This document shows positions 24,611 to 36,982 of a stretch of 64,000 nt of DNA, in pieces. Within the stretch, counting starts at the first letter, position 1; each line of letters starts with the position of its first letter. The notes under the pieces were generated by a model that did not search any database, was not told the origin of the DNA, and saw only the letters and a list, made by a program, of their open reading frames with translations. Origin of the DNA: Takakia lepidozioides (Eukaryota > Plantae > Bryophyta); assembly GCA_030704615.1 (NCBI GenBank), contig CM060732.1:47678001-47742000 (forward strand). The letters are read 5' to 3'. Position numbers and translations under genes: made by a program.

Positions 24611-25479
24611 CAGTCGACCCTCCTTTATTGTTACGCCTTGGGAGTAAGAAAAAAATAACAATAACAGCGTGATAACATATTACCAATTAAAGAGGGCGAC
24701 CAAGACTATTCTTAACATTTATCCATGTAACAGTAAACCAGGGATGATTTCAAAAAATATGACATTTACAGAGTTACATGTCAAATCGACTGAAAATTCT
24801 GTCAATAGTGTCATGTCGACAATTTGCAACCTACAACGTAGATAACTTAGACTATTTTCTACAGATCTAACCCTATTAGAAAGTCTCGCAACCAACCACG
24901 GAGGGTTGTTGTTCTAGAAACATATTAATCACTTTGAATTCCTCCTGAACATTGGAAAATGTCACTTGTGCCACTGGATCTAAAATAGGTTCGTCTTCGT
25001 CATCTTCAGTTTCATCGTTTGCACATAGATCAACGAGTTCCTAGGCTTTCCGTAGGTGCATATGGAGTGTTCAAATCATGTTCTTCCTCGTAATGAACAA
25101 ATTCATGAACCCCCATAGTCGGAAACGTAACTACATTGCATTATATAGAGCCAATTTGCTAGACATCCATCCCTATATTAATTCAGAAATTTAATCGTCG
25201 CATGTCGGTGGTTCCACATTATTTATTTCTTAATGAAATGTCAATGGAAATATTTATGTTTCAACCTACTTTAGGCGGCCTTCACTGTACTTTAACAAAG
25301 AGGTGAACATAACGTATATCAAGGGTCACTTTACAAAGGAGGGAGTACCATTTTTGTAACGTTTAACATATAACATCCCTACAGCAGCATAGTGTAAAAT
25401 TTTAGGGAGTAAAAAAAAGATAACAAGTACACCCCTTATAACACATAAAAAAGAGGGCACATTTAGCCAGGGTCGACTG
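24611..25479 (-). mobile_element. Internally deleted Tc1/mariner (pogo/Tigger-like) DNA transposon
   Basis: TIRs CAGTCGACCCT...AGGGTCGACTG flanked by TA on both sides. Minus-strand remnant DETEDDEDEPILDPVAQVTFSNVQEEFKVINMFLE...TIDRIF resembles the acidic C-terminus of pogo transposases. Confidence 0.75.
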
Positions 25480-26628
25480 TACTACCCTACAAAACTTGAG
25501 GTGGACGTTTGAAGTAATATACCACAATGCTAAGAGCTATGGTAAAGCGTCCTAATATTGCACAGTTCTCAACAATGTTCCCAATACTGCGCACCTGATT
25601 GCGCAGTTTGGATGAATGTTATATGTTATCATCCAGCACATTCCATCCACATTCTACCTGTCACTTCCATGCATTCATCCACGCGCATCCTGCCCTTGTT
25701 GCTTCCCGTCTTTGCTCAGACCATGAGATCGGCCATGGCCATGGCGTGAACTCCATCGACCTGGCAAAGTAATTACATAGAAGGTCGCCAAGGAGCAATC
25801 CGATATATAGAAGCTGAGTCACATTCTATATCTGCAGCCTCACATTCTTTCTAGGACAAACGAATCGAGGTACTACTTCCCTTTCCCCCTTTTCTGCCCT
25901 TGAGATATAGTCTGTGGCTACAAGGAGAGCTAGGGCATAAGGTCTAATGTCTACATTCGACATTCTAAATTCGACATTCGACATTCTAAGGTCCAATGTC
26001 TACATGTCTATGGTTCTTAACCTTCATTCTGGGGTTCAGAATCTCAAGGATTCTGTCTTCTTCGCTCCTCTCCTCCCTATGTCTCCCTCATCTCTGACAA
26101 ATGGGATATTTGCTTTGCAAGGCTACTGGATCTGTAACCTATGTACAGACCTTCTCTCTGGTGACAAAACAATCCCACATTTTGGGCAGTGGATGTGCCA
26201 TGCTAATAGAGTATTTCGAGGCGTTCAGTGTTAGTAGATGTCTGCTGCAAATATGGTCCGGATTAGGGATTAACGTTAGAAGAGTCACATTTACGTTGCA
26301 CCTTAGACTACCACCCGCACATTGAAACAAACATAGGTTTACTTATCTTAGTAATGGAATAATTGCAAGAGGTATGCCTGGGAGGATCTGGTTGGGGAAA
26401 CACCTATGAACAGGATGAAAGTGTCCTACGAAATTGACGTGGCCACAATATCTCTTCTGAGAGCACATTGGCTCTTCAATGGACTCATTCCTGACATTGG
26501 TCCCCTCAACGGAGTGTGGAAGTGTAGCATGGCCTATCCACCAATTATCCTGAACTACAACAATTCATGAATGACTTTGTTGGAGATCAAAATGTATGCA
26601 AGTTTTGAGAGTTTCTCCATATTTGCAG

Positions 26629-26746
26629 GCAAGGCCGTCACTGTGGGAAATCAATTTATGGGAAGAGATTCAATGATGAGAATTTCAAGCTTATGCACAA
26701 AGGCAAGGGAGTGCTCTCAATGGCCAACACGGGGCCCATACAAATG
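26629..26746 (+). pseudogene. Isolated cyclophilin (PPIase) exon fragment
   Basis: AG|...[31 protein letters not shown] followed by a 1-nt deletion in the N-T-N-G codons, then GT. No flanking cyclophilin exons (FHR..., SQFFI) recognised. Confidence 0.75.
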
Positions 26747-28264
26747 GTAAACAATGTGTTTCAATTTCAGGTCACCAAGAGCATAAAAGACATTGGTGTT
26801 ATGTTGGTGCATGGTTCAACAACATCAAAGAATGGCTGCATATTTCTGCTAGATCTATCAAATTATGTACCTGTTCTTGGCGATGAGGGAATGAACAGGG
26901 GATGACTACGTTTAACATAATTCACTGTGTGAGAGAGATTTATCATGGCAAATGGATACATTGCTAAACAATGCCGATTTTTGAGTGAACAAGAAATTTA
27001 GTTTCAGAACCCACATTTGCTACTCTGTTTTCTATTAACTCTCAATGTGGTGAATCCTATTCTCATGATTGAACCATCGTATGTTAGTGTTGTCTTTCAT
27101 TTGCCACTCAGCTTTGCAGAGTTTCCGGACTTCTAAAGCAATTATTCACAAAGCTAGCCATCAGCAGAATTCCTCCGAGTCTATTCATGTTTTCTATGAT
27201 ATGGTTACTTTTTATCTGTCGTTATGGGGCTGGCCGCTCTGTCCCACGACATTATTGCTTGGAAATAGCTGACAAAGTTAGCAGAAACTGGAAACCTCAC
27301 TGAAACTTTATCGAGATATCTTCTCCAGTTACCTGATCAATGCATCTCTAGGATGTAGTAATGGATTCACAGGATGTCTATGGGACTTTCAATGTACTGA
27401 TGCGAAGAAAGCCTGAAGAAAATGTGTCATGTCCTCATATTGCGCATTTGAATGCGCGCAATCAAGTGCGGAATATTAGGGATTTTCCAGAGATCCCATA
27501 CCCACTGCATGAAAACCTGATGGGTTTATAGATTTTACATAATGAAAAATATTTATGGGTTGCCACCTGTAAAAAAAAAAGGACCCATGTAAGAAAAACA
27601 AATTGAAATTCGATTAGGTTAAGCAAAATGTGACAGGTGCATACTGAAAGTGAGCATTATTAGGACACTTTACCATAACCAGGACAAATTGACTAGGCAC
27701 TTGGGCAGATCATGTTACATTCTACACTTAATAAGGAAATCAACAGGCATGGGGCAGTATGTTGCAGGGAAAGACACTAGGTAAGGGGCTGAAAGAGATG
27801 GAACTGCAAAAGGAATTTCCCCTGAAAGTTGGGACTTTGCAAACTGTGATCCTTACCCAGTAGTTGATTGTCAAGAGAGACTAGGCATGGCATTCTACAA
27901 CTGGTTTCCCATGCTGCAGCTCCATGTGATTAACATTCATTTGCTTTCATCTGCTGGTAGCCACAGTTCAGTTCAGTTCTTTCTTACTTTGGAAGGTGGA
28001 AGGTGGCAAAGGTGATTTAGGAAGGGGGAGGCAAAAAAATAGGGACAGACAAATTGGGCCAGCTCTGGATTTGCATGTGAAAAGAGTGCTCTATGCCACA
28101 GGGATTTGAGCTAGTCCAAGCTCATCTACAGCAAAGGACATCAGGGGTAAGAGTGCACACCAACTTTCTTCAAAGTTCACATTATAGGAAGGCTCCAAAC
28201 ATGATTCAATCTCCCTTGTGAGCTACTACAGGAGTAGGAAGGTTTTTTCATGAAAGAGCTGCAC

Positions 28265-31200
28265 CTACTGATCTGTGTACTTCAGATTGTGGTGCCGCAA
28301 CCAATCTGGACCCCTTTCCTCATAGTCAGCTTTTGAAAAAGCAAACTTCTTAAATGAATGGGATGAAGCAAAAGCAGATGCCCCATGCCAAGCATCCAGC
28401 AATGGGTCAGCTGCCCTTACTACCTGAATTTTAGAGCCTAGGGGTCTGGTCTTCTTCAGCTCTGCAAGCAATCGTACATCCATTCCTTCAAAGAGGGTGT
28501 TGCCTCCTGTGAGAAAGACAGTACCATTCATCACCCGCTCCAGCAGATCTTGAGGCAAGCGCCTCAGGGATATAGCTACCATTTCCCCCACCCCAGCCTG
28601 GTCAACTCCAATCATGGCTGGTTCAAAGACAATTTCTGGGCATCGAAATCTTTCTACACCTATTCCGATTCGGAAGTCATCTGCTGTCAGTGGCCGTTGT
28701 TGCTGCATGTCAGGGTTGACTGTCTGAGCTCCTTGGATGACAACTGTTGACTGTGTGAACAGAGGGTCTAACTCCTGCAAACACCGTCCAAGCAAAACTG
28801 AACCCTGCCAATTGGTGGGGAGGAACTGCAAACAAGGACCTTAAGGGGAAGATAATAACAACAATTGTGATCTGCAGTTTGTCACGGCAGAAACGATTTA
28901 ACTCGTAACATTACTCCAGGTTCTGATACTGGTAGAAAGGGCTTTCCACCAAGTGCCGGACACAGAATGAGCATACTTACAGCTTGCATGCTGCCAAAGG
29001 AAAGCTACAGAACATACACTTAGAATGTCATACCACTCGATCGGCGCTTAACAAACATCAAAACTTACCACTAGTAGAAGAACTCTGATGTCACTAACTT
29101 TAAGCAATGCCATAAATGCACCAGAACAATCACAAAGATAGAAACTCATTGCACTGTACCTGAAGCCGGGTAGTGAGTCTGATCAACTCAACCTCATCAT
29201 CATCACCTTCCTCACTGTTGTCAGTGTCTTTGCCCATGCGTTTGTATAGCTGCCAATCCTCATCATGCATTCCAAATGTGTCCTCGTCTTTTCCTCGGTC
29301 AAAGGCTGCAGTCGTTAGCAGCTTCATTCGCTCCTTCTGTAATGCGCTCAACCTTTCCCCACGGCCGCCCAATCCAGAAGTCAACACTGCTGTGCCAGTT
29401 GCACCTGAGACAGTACCTGTCCTCTGGCGCTTCCGCTGCTCTACCTTAGCTGCCAGCTCAGCTTGCCTGCCACGCAGCTCCTCCAAGTATAGCTCTGGAT
29501 TTGCACTGTTTGCAGCATGCAACCAAGTCCAATAATTAGAGAGCTTAAAGACAGCTGGGCCACTGTGGAAACAACTAAAAGAGTTATGTTAATAAGGCCA
29601 TCACTGCAGAGTCTCAGGCAAAATAAGCACCGGAAAGGTCTTACATTGGTGCTCCAGTGGTGGATGTGATCCTCCAACTTCTAATTACCAGTATCATATA
29701 AAAGTGCATGACATTTATGATAGGTTTCAAGGGCATACAGACGACGATCTTCTTCCAACTGCAGTTCACGTTCACGCTGCAGCCCCTCTTCTTGCCGCTT
29801 CTGCTTTGCCCGAGCACGTCCCTCAGCTGTCATTTTTAAGAACCTTTGCTTTTTCTTCTCCTTCAACTGCCAATACAACCCTGCATATCAGCTCAGAAAC
29901 TAACAGCACATCTTGGTCCAAATCACATGCTAATTCTGGGGCTCAGCAGGGAGGCATTGCAAGCACAATGGGCTGTACAGCCACCCAGAATAGGACAGAT
30001 AGACTTGGTGTTCAATATGCAATGGACCCTATTCCCAAGGGCTAACTCCTAGTATCGCACAAGCCATCTGGAAGTTAAAAAAGGTCTTACTTGCTCCGCT
30101 GTGAGAAGGCTGTTGGGCACCTCTAAAAGAGGATACTTTTCTGACAATGAAACATCTGCCTCTACTCTCTTGGGCTCTGTAGGCTCCCCCTTGGCCTTTC
30201 GTAATGCTGTCATGGTTTTGGCCAGGGCAACTTGCACCTCTTCACGTGAACCATAGCCAGACTGCCCAAGAAAAGAGGCCTCTGACTTGGCATCCTCTGT
30301 ACCGTCTAGCTCATGTAGAAGGAACTCCAGTCCCTGGACTTCAGCATCCAACTCAGCTATTTTGGAGGAGCGTTTTGCAGCGGCCATCTCCCGCAATCGC
30401 TGTCCCTGTTTCTCCCTCGTAGCTGCCTTTCTTGCCAGTTCTTCCTCATTAGGCTGTTCCTTCTCCGGGGCTGGAAGCCATGGAAGTTGCCACCATTTAG
30501 TCTTTACCTCTGCCTCAGGGCCCCCCTTCTGTACAATACGGAACACTGTTCAATCCAGTTTGTGTAAGAGGAGAGTTTGCAGAGTGCATTCTAGTTCAGA
30601 GGTTTAAGTTTGTAACTGAAGTCAGACACTGGTCCAGGACTTCGGAGAGAAACGAAAGAATTTGATGTCCCACAGCTAAGAGAGTTACAAGAAACCAGGC
30701 AGACAAGAAGACTCCCACGTACCACAAGAGGTGGTTGTGATTTAGACTAAGGATTGGAGGCCGAGAAGCATGAGCAATACACACGCCTCTGGGGATATCT
30801 GCCCTACAAAGTGTGACCCGTTTAAGATAGAAAAGAGTTACAACTATGAATGATCATCTGGAAACAATGAACATCCATGACTACTGTTAAACAGGGCCCT
30901 GGTGGGCTTCCTTCTGAAGACTACCTTCTCAAAAGATTAGCATTCGTGGACACAGGGTTTTATCAAATTCATCGGCCTGCAAACTCAATGAATTTCAACC
31001 GCTTTTCTATCAGAACAAAATTGCCCAACTATTCCTTTAAAAAAAGGTGGAAATAACAGCCAGCCATGCAGTCTAATCCAAATGCAGAATGCAACAGAAA
31101 ACAGCTCAGCAACAAGGGCAGACCTGGAAGATGCTGAGTTCTGCTGCATAGTCTTCAGCAATGTAGCAATGCTCCTGCTTCAGCTCTTCTACTTTCTCCC

Positions 31201-34200
31201 AAACTATGCTATTCCTGTTTCCAGCCATAAATCCAGCTTCAGTTTATGCCAAACAAGAATGGTCCATTGAATGAATTATTAGAATTGTATGTACGGCTCT
31301 GTGACCTCCCCTCTAAGACACCTTGACTACGAGAATGAAAATCTTGGAGACTGAATAAGGAGCACACTTGCGAAGGTTGCTGGGTATCAGGGAAGGAAGA
31401 AAACAAATTATAAACATAAAAGATGGGCTCACTCTGGGGTGAGAATATTTCTTTGACCTGCCTTTGTTCTATTAAATCCTGAAAGCATTACCATGTCCTC
31501 CCTATCAAATAAGCGAAAGTGGCCCACAAGCACACGAGTCCAGAAATCCTTAAAGGCCATGGCGTTGTGGGTTTCCACTTTTATGAAAACAAAGGAGATG
31601 GACCCATTAGACTTGGACTTGCTGCAACCTTGTGGCCACAGATATTACCCCTACATTGGACACAGCCTACTGTACTAACGAGATGTTTGCTGTAGCCTTG
31701 TGGTCATAGACCACGCACGCAGTTTGGGCAGAACAAGAGGGAAGAGACACTACCTTTGTGAGGGACTCACTCGAGTAGTGGTACTTACCTTGGACTTCGG
31801 GTGGGTAAGAGGGGAGCAGAATGGGGGTCACCAAAATCACAGGGAGACTCACTCCAGTGGTGGGATTTAAAAAGTTCATAGCTCTAGCATCAATTTGATG
31901 TCCTGATTGATTAGAATTTAGATGCAAGGTAGTCAAGGGGGAAGAGAGAAGGGGGGAAATGCTTGCATGATTCTGGAAGAATCTGGCCAAGTGAAGACTT
32001 GAGAACATACACATGATAAGGGTGCTGTAACGATAGCAAGCGCTTCAAATAGTCAGTTACATGATACCCTCCCACCGCGGTTCTACAGCACGCCTCCATC
32101 ACTGGCTCCCCAGCCACCATCTGTTTTACAGTCACCCCAAACCACAAAGCTGCCATGTTAGGAGTTCCTAACAATTGGCACAAGAAGATATTTCTAGCAC
32201 TCAAGTGACATCGTCAATCTTCAGTGACTGATGCATACAAAAAGTTGGTATGTGTGTGAATCGAGCAAAATTCAACAGATCCTACACTACCAAGATCATG
32301 CAAAGAGATACCTAAAAGAGATATAGCAGAACAATTGCATTATCAATAAGAGAGAAGAGAATATACTGGAATGATGTGAGTTGTAGTGTGCCCTGAGCAA
32401 ACCAACAGCCCATTTGGTTCACACACCCCCAATCTTTGATTATGTGCATAACTGAAGACTTCATCGATGCCAAATGCTGCCGAAATTACAAAAAGTAAGT
32501 GCCCACCACTGTAAAAGGATAAAAGCGGCTTCATGATTTGTGAATAGGGGAGAGGTTACATCATTAATCCACCTATTTGAAGGCACATTTCAGTTGATCC
32601 CTGGGACTATAATGTGATTAATGTCTGATCATGTGGCTAAACCCTCTCATTCCAATGTATTGATTGCAATTAAACCAGCTTGGCCTACCATGAATCATGG
32701 GTGCCAAGGGAGAAACATGGTACCCACAATACAATTCTCCCCAATATCAACATGTCAACAAAACTATTTTCGATAATTGCCCTGGATGCAATCATGATCC
32801 TGTGCAAGGGCCTCAAATGTGAACCAGCTCTTAGCCTTAAGATACAAATACAAGTCTTCTTCCTCAACACATGTTGTCAGATGCATCCCAAGGCATACAG
32901 AGAGGTTTGCAATAATCATTCATTCCAAGATCCCATTCTCAGAAGTGGTGTGGTGCGGAGGTATGTCGACAACGTGGAACCGCCTCTTCTCTTCTATGGC
33001 ACGATGGTGATGGCAACTTGCTTTGAGGAACAATAGGTGGACCTCATGAAGTATTAGTGCTATTGTTTCAAGCATGCCCATAAATTGAGCACAAAATATC
33101 TGCCTTTCCTTCAGCAGCCTGTTGGTTGGAACTCAGCCTCATACCAGACATGGGAGGACCCTTGAGGTATGAGTAATCAATTGCTCTTCACAGGCTGAGA
33201 TGAAGCACAGAGCAGATTTGTGTCCAACTTCAGGTCATTCCTTGAGTATGAGTGTGAGCAAGGAGCTGAAGAGAGGTTCAGACAAATGGGAGAAATTCAG
33301 GACTAATTCAGATAACAGTACCTAGTGAAGGGACACCATAAGTCTCAAAGAGAAGTTCAGCCATGCGATTGCGAGAGTAGAGTGGGTTGCAAGGCCCCTC
33401 TGTTAGCAGCACTGGATGCTCCACCTGCCCTAATCACCATTCATCAGTCACCCCAAACAGTTGTACTCAATTGCATTGCTGCCATCCTACTGTGGCCCAT
33501 CAAGCATTAAAAACCATGTGTTCCATGGTACATTCTGACTGAAATGTCAAATTCAAAAGAAACAAAACCTGTTATGGGCCAAGTTTGCAGCATTGCAGGG
33601 TGCTGTTTCAGACACCAGCGCCAAGGGCTTTACCCCTTTGCACGTTGAGATGACCAGAGCTAGGATCCATACAATTCTGAACATTTTGCTTGAAACCAAG
33701 GAGGAAGCTGCAGCTGACTTACAAGATGGGTGGGAATTACCTGAGTGCCTTGAACTCCCATCCTGTCAAATGTGTAGTCCAGAATCTGCACATCACCAGA
33801 CTCCTGCCCTATGTTAATATTCCAATGGTTGTCCATGATTTGGTGCTGCACAATTTTTGCATTCTATTTTCTGCATTTTGGAAATTGCAGTCCTCACCTA
33901 CATACAATTGGACTGAAGTCAATACAACAGAGCTGGCTAACACCATGTTGTGGCTTTTCCACTTAACTTCACATGGGGTCCTAGTGAAGAGGTTCTATTG
34001 CAACAATACAACTCCTTGCACAGCCAACAGAAGTAGATAAGCATCCAGCACACTAGAACACCCAATAGAAACCAGAAAAAAACATGAAGAGAAGATAGAT
34101 CCATACACATTCCATGGTCTCAAACTGATAGACCACATTTCCATCGAAAGCTGTGCGCAATGAGGAGCGTGTAAAATCAAAAAACTTTACAAGCCCTGGG

Positions 34201-35064
34201 TCATAATCTCCAACAATGCTCACTAATTCACCTGTGCCATTACAAAATTGCACAATTATACAACCTGGAATTTGCTCAACACTCCTCTCCTACTATATTA
34301 AAATGCAAGGCCGGAAGTAAAAATTTCGGTATGAAGCTGTGTTAATTGAGCTACCATAAGTGCCTTACAGGAGTGCCTGCAGAAAAATGAAGGCACCAGC
34401 TAAATCCTTCACGCAATAATGATTGCTAGGATTGGTCCCATTCTTTTGAAGATATATGTGAGTACATGCCTATGGACTTCCAGAGTGTAGGAGTAGAACA
34501 CTCAGAAAACCACCTGAAGTGTGAAATGAACGACCCAAGCAACATCACACCAAGGAGCCCTAGCAGAAGAACAGCGCTTTGCAGGGGCACTTTCTCTCCT
34601 CAAATGAAGGCATGCCCTTCCTTGCTTAAGTAAAACCCTAAATGACTGAAATGTTCTGAAGTCATGAAATCACAGTTTAAAAGAAGAGGACATACTGGAA
34701 CCCCTATGTCGCGGTCTGTTTAGTACATTGCGGAAGGCTAGTCGCGGATCAGCATCTCCCGCCCACCTGTTTGCCCCATTTTCCTACATTAGACAGCTTC
34801 CAACCCCGACGATGACAAAAAGAAAGATATTGGGAAAGGGCAGGAAAAAACGAAGAAAATCAACAACTGAGACGCAAACCTGAGAGAGAATGTACTCATA
34901 AGACGTTGTTTCCCGTAGCCAAAGCTGAGAGAGAGAGAGAGAGAGAGAGAGACTTGCCCAACGCGTAAGATGTAACCACCATTGTCAATAACAAGCGGGC
35001 GGTCCAATCCAATGAGATGGTAATCAGACTGCCGGAAAGGCAGCCCTGATGCCGGAGAAGGCAT
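28265..35064 (-). CDS. ARP5: Actin-related protein 5 (INO80 complex subunit), about 12 exons
   Basis: [131 protein letters not shown] occur in the expected order. Intron 1 is GC-AG. Confidence 0.95.
34927..34952. repeat. (GA)n microsatellite in ARP5 intron 1
   Basis: About 13 GA units seen directly. Confidence 0.9.
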
Positions 35065-36206
35065 GGACCCTGCGTCCCTCGCAACTTCTCACGACTTGTA
35101 GAGTTCTTCCATGCTTCACACTATCCTCCTCTTTCCACATCAGCCACAAACACTCTGGGCACCATACCCTAAATCCTAACCCTAACCCCCGTCTGCGCTC
35201 TTCCTTCTCTCTTCCACTCTTTTGTGGATTGCTTTCTGTCCTCTCTCGATCTTGGCTTCCCTCCCTCTATTCCAACTCTTTTCTCGATTTCTTTTCCTGC
35301 GATTCTTTGTGTACTCTTTCTCTCTCTCTTTCTCTCTCTCAATCTCGCCTTCACTTCTTGTCAATTGCTTGCAAAGTCAACCCGAGTGTGTTGCGAGCTT
35401 GTCCATCTCTCTCTCCCCCCGAGACAACGCACGTTGCCCGAGAGACTACGGATGAATAAATGGATGAATGACATTGAACAATGGCTCGTACTAACGGATG
35501 ATAAATTAGATCATCCATCCATAGGATCGCCGCCGAGGATAGCGAAGTCTTCAGCTGCACGAATGATTTTGGGCCGTCCGATGAGATGGAAAACAGCGAT
35601 CCATGTGAAGAGATGAGCACCAATAGGATGGTAGGAGGGAAATTCAAACCATCTCTTTTACACAAGTGCATCGTCGTTTCACTGGACGGCTGAGATGCGC
35701 CAATCCACACAACGCACAGAACCTGTCTTTAGCGTACAGTTACTATGGCCGGGTAAAGAAGCCACTTACTTACCTCTATTCTTATTATTTATTTTATTCT
35801 ACTGAAACTTGCAATAATCCCAAATAAAGTTTCCAGGGCCACTGTGACACTGTCCCTTGTTTTTATTTTTATTTTAAGGAAATCCCTAACTAGCTGTAAA
35901 TGAGGGATAGTAAAAGAGATGTAAATTGACACGCGGCAGTCTTTGCCTGTTGGCCCTAACAGAGGAGTAAAAGGAGCGCGGGTAAACAAACGCGGGTGCG
36001 GGATGTTTCCATTGGCCCGGCCCGCGCTGTAGAATCCAGGGGTATAAAGTAGACAGTCGTCTCGCACCTTTCTCATCCTCCGCTCTCACTCTCACTTGAC
36101 TACAGTTCCTCAGTTCGCAGATTGTGGCATCGTGCTGCTTAGTTCGCTTGATCCGGTGCAGAAGGGTTTAGTTTCAATCGTTCGTGCTTCTTTCCGCTAC
36201 TCGAAG
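35065..36206. promoter_or_regulatory. Divergent promoter region ARP5 / H2A
   Basis: Telo-box-like CCCTAA(A) repeats at 35168-35186, CT-rich tracts, AACGG/CCGTCC motifs (35494, 35574, 35683), reverse CCAAT at 36011 and TATAAA at 36043 upstream of H2A. Confidence 0.55.
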
Positions 36207-36982
36207 ATGTCTGGAAGGGGCCAGAAGGCGAAGAAGAAATCTATCACCAAGTCCGTTAGGGCTGGGCTTCAGTTCCCAGTGAGCAGGCTTGCCCGCTACC
36301 TGAAGAGGGGTCGCTATGCCGCCCGTGTTGGTGCTGGAGCTCCCGTGTATTTGGCTGCTGTGTTGGAGTACCTGGCTGCAGAGGTGATTATTTTTTCTAT
36401 ACCCTACTGTTCCGTCGTTTTTGCTGATTTAGAAGGATGCAGTCTGCTCTCTGGTTGTGAATGCATTTCAGCGTCAGATGGCGCTTGATACTGTTTCTAG
36501 GTCTTGGTTTGCATGTCATGCTGTGGTTAATCAGGGAGACTGTCTGAGTTTGTAGCTTCACTTGTCTTTGTTGACATTGCGGTTCTCAAAGTAGCCGATG
36601 GTCTACCGTGTTCTTTCTGTAGATTAGGCAGTCTTGACAGCGAGGTAGGTTATGGGTGGAGTTGAATTAGCTGTTAGTGAATTTGCTTAAAACTGGCTGC
36701 CTTTTGTTTCCTAGATCTTAATGGTTCTTGTATGTATTGCAGGTGTTGGAGCTGGCTGGTAACGCTAGCAGGGACAACAAGAAGAGCAGAATTATTCCGC
36801 GCCACATTCAGCTCGCCATCAGGAACGATGAAGAGTTGGGGAAGCTTTTGGCTAATGTGACTATCGCCTATGGCGGTGTTCTGCCGAACATTCATACTGT
36901 TCTCTTGCCCAAGAAGTCTTCAGGAGGTGGCGGTAGCGCCAAGGCTGAAACCCCCGAGAAGCCAAGCAAGGGTGAAAAGTGA
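36207..36982 (+). CDS. H2A: Histone H2A variant (H2A.M-like); exons 36207-36383 and 36743-36982
   Basis: [59 protein letters not shown]|[58 protein letters not shown]...EKPSKGEK; no SQ(E/D)F and no KSPKK motif. Confidence 0.95.

Noticed and set aside
35049-35616. ORFs in the ARP5 upstream region
   Set aside because: Low-complexity translations of CT/GA-rich promoter and UTR tracts.
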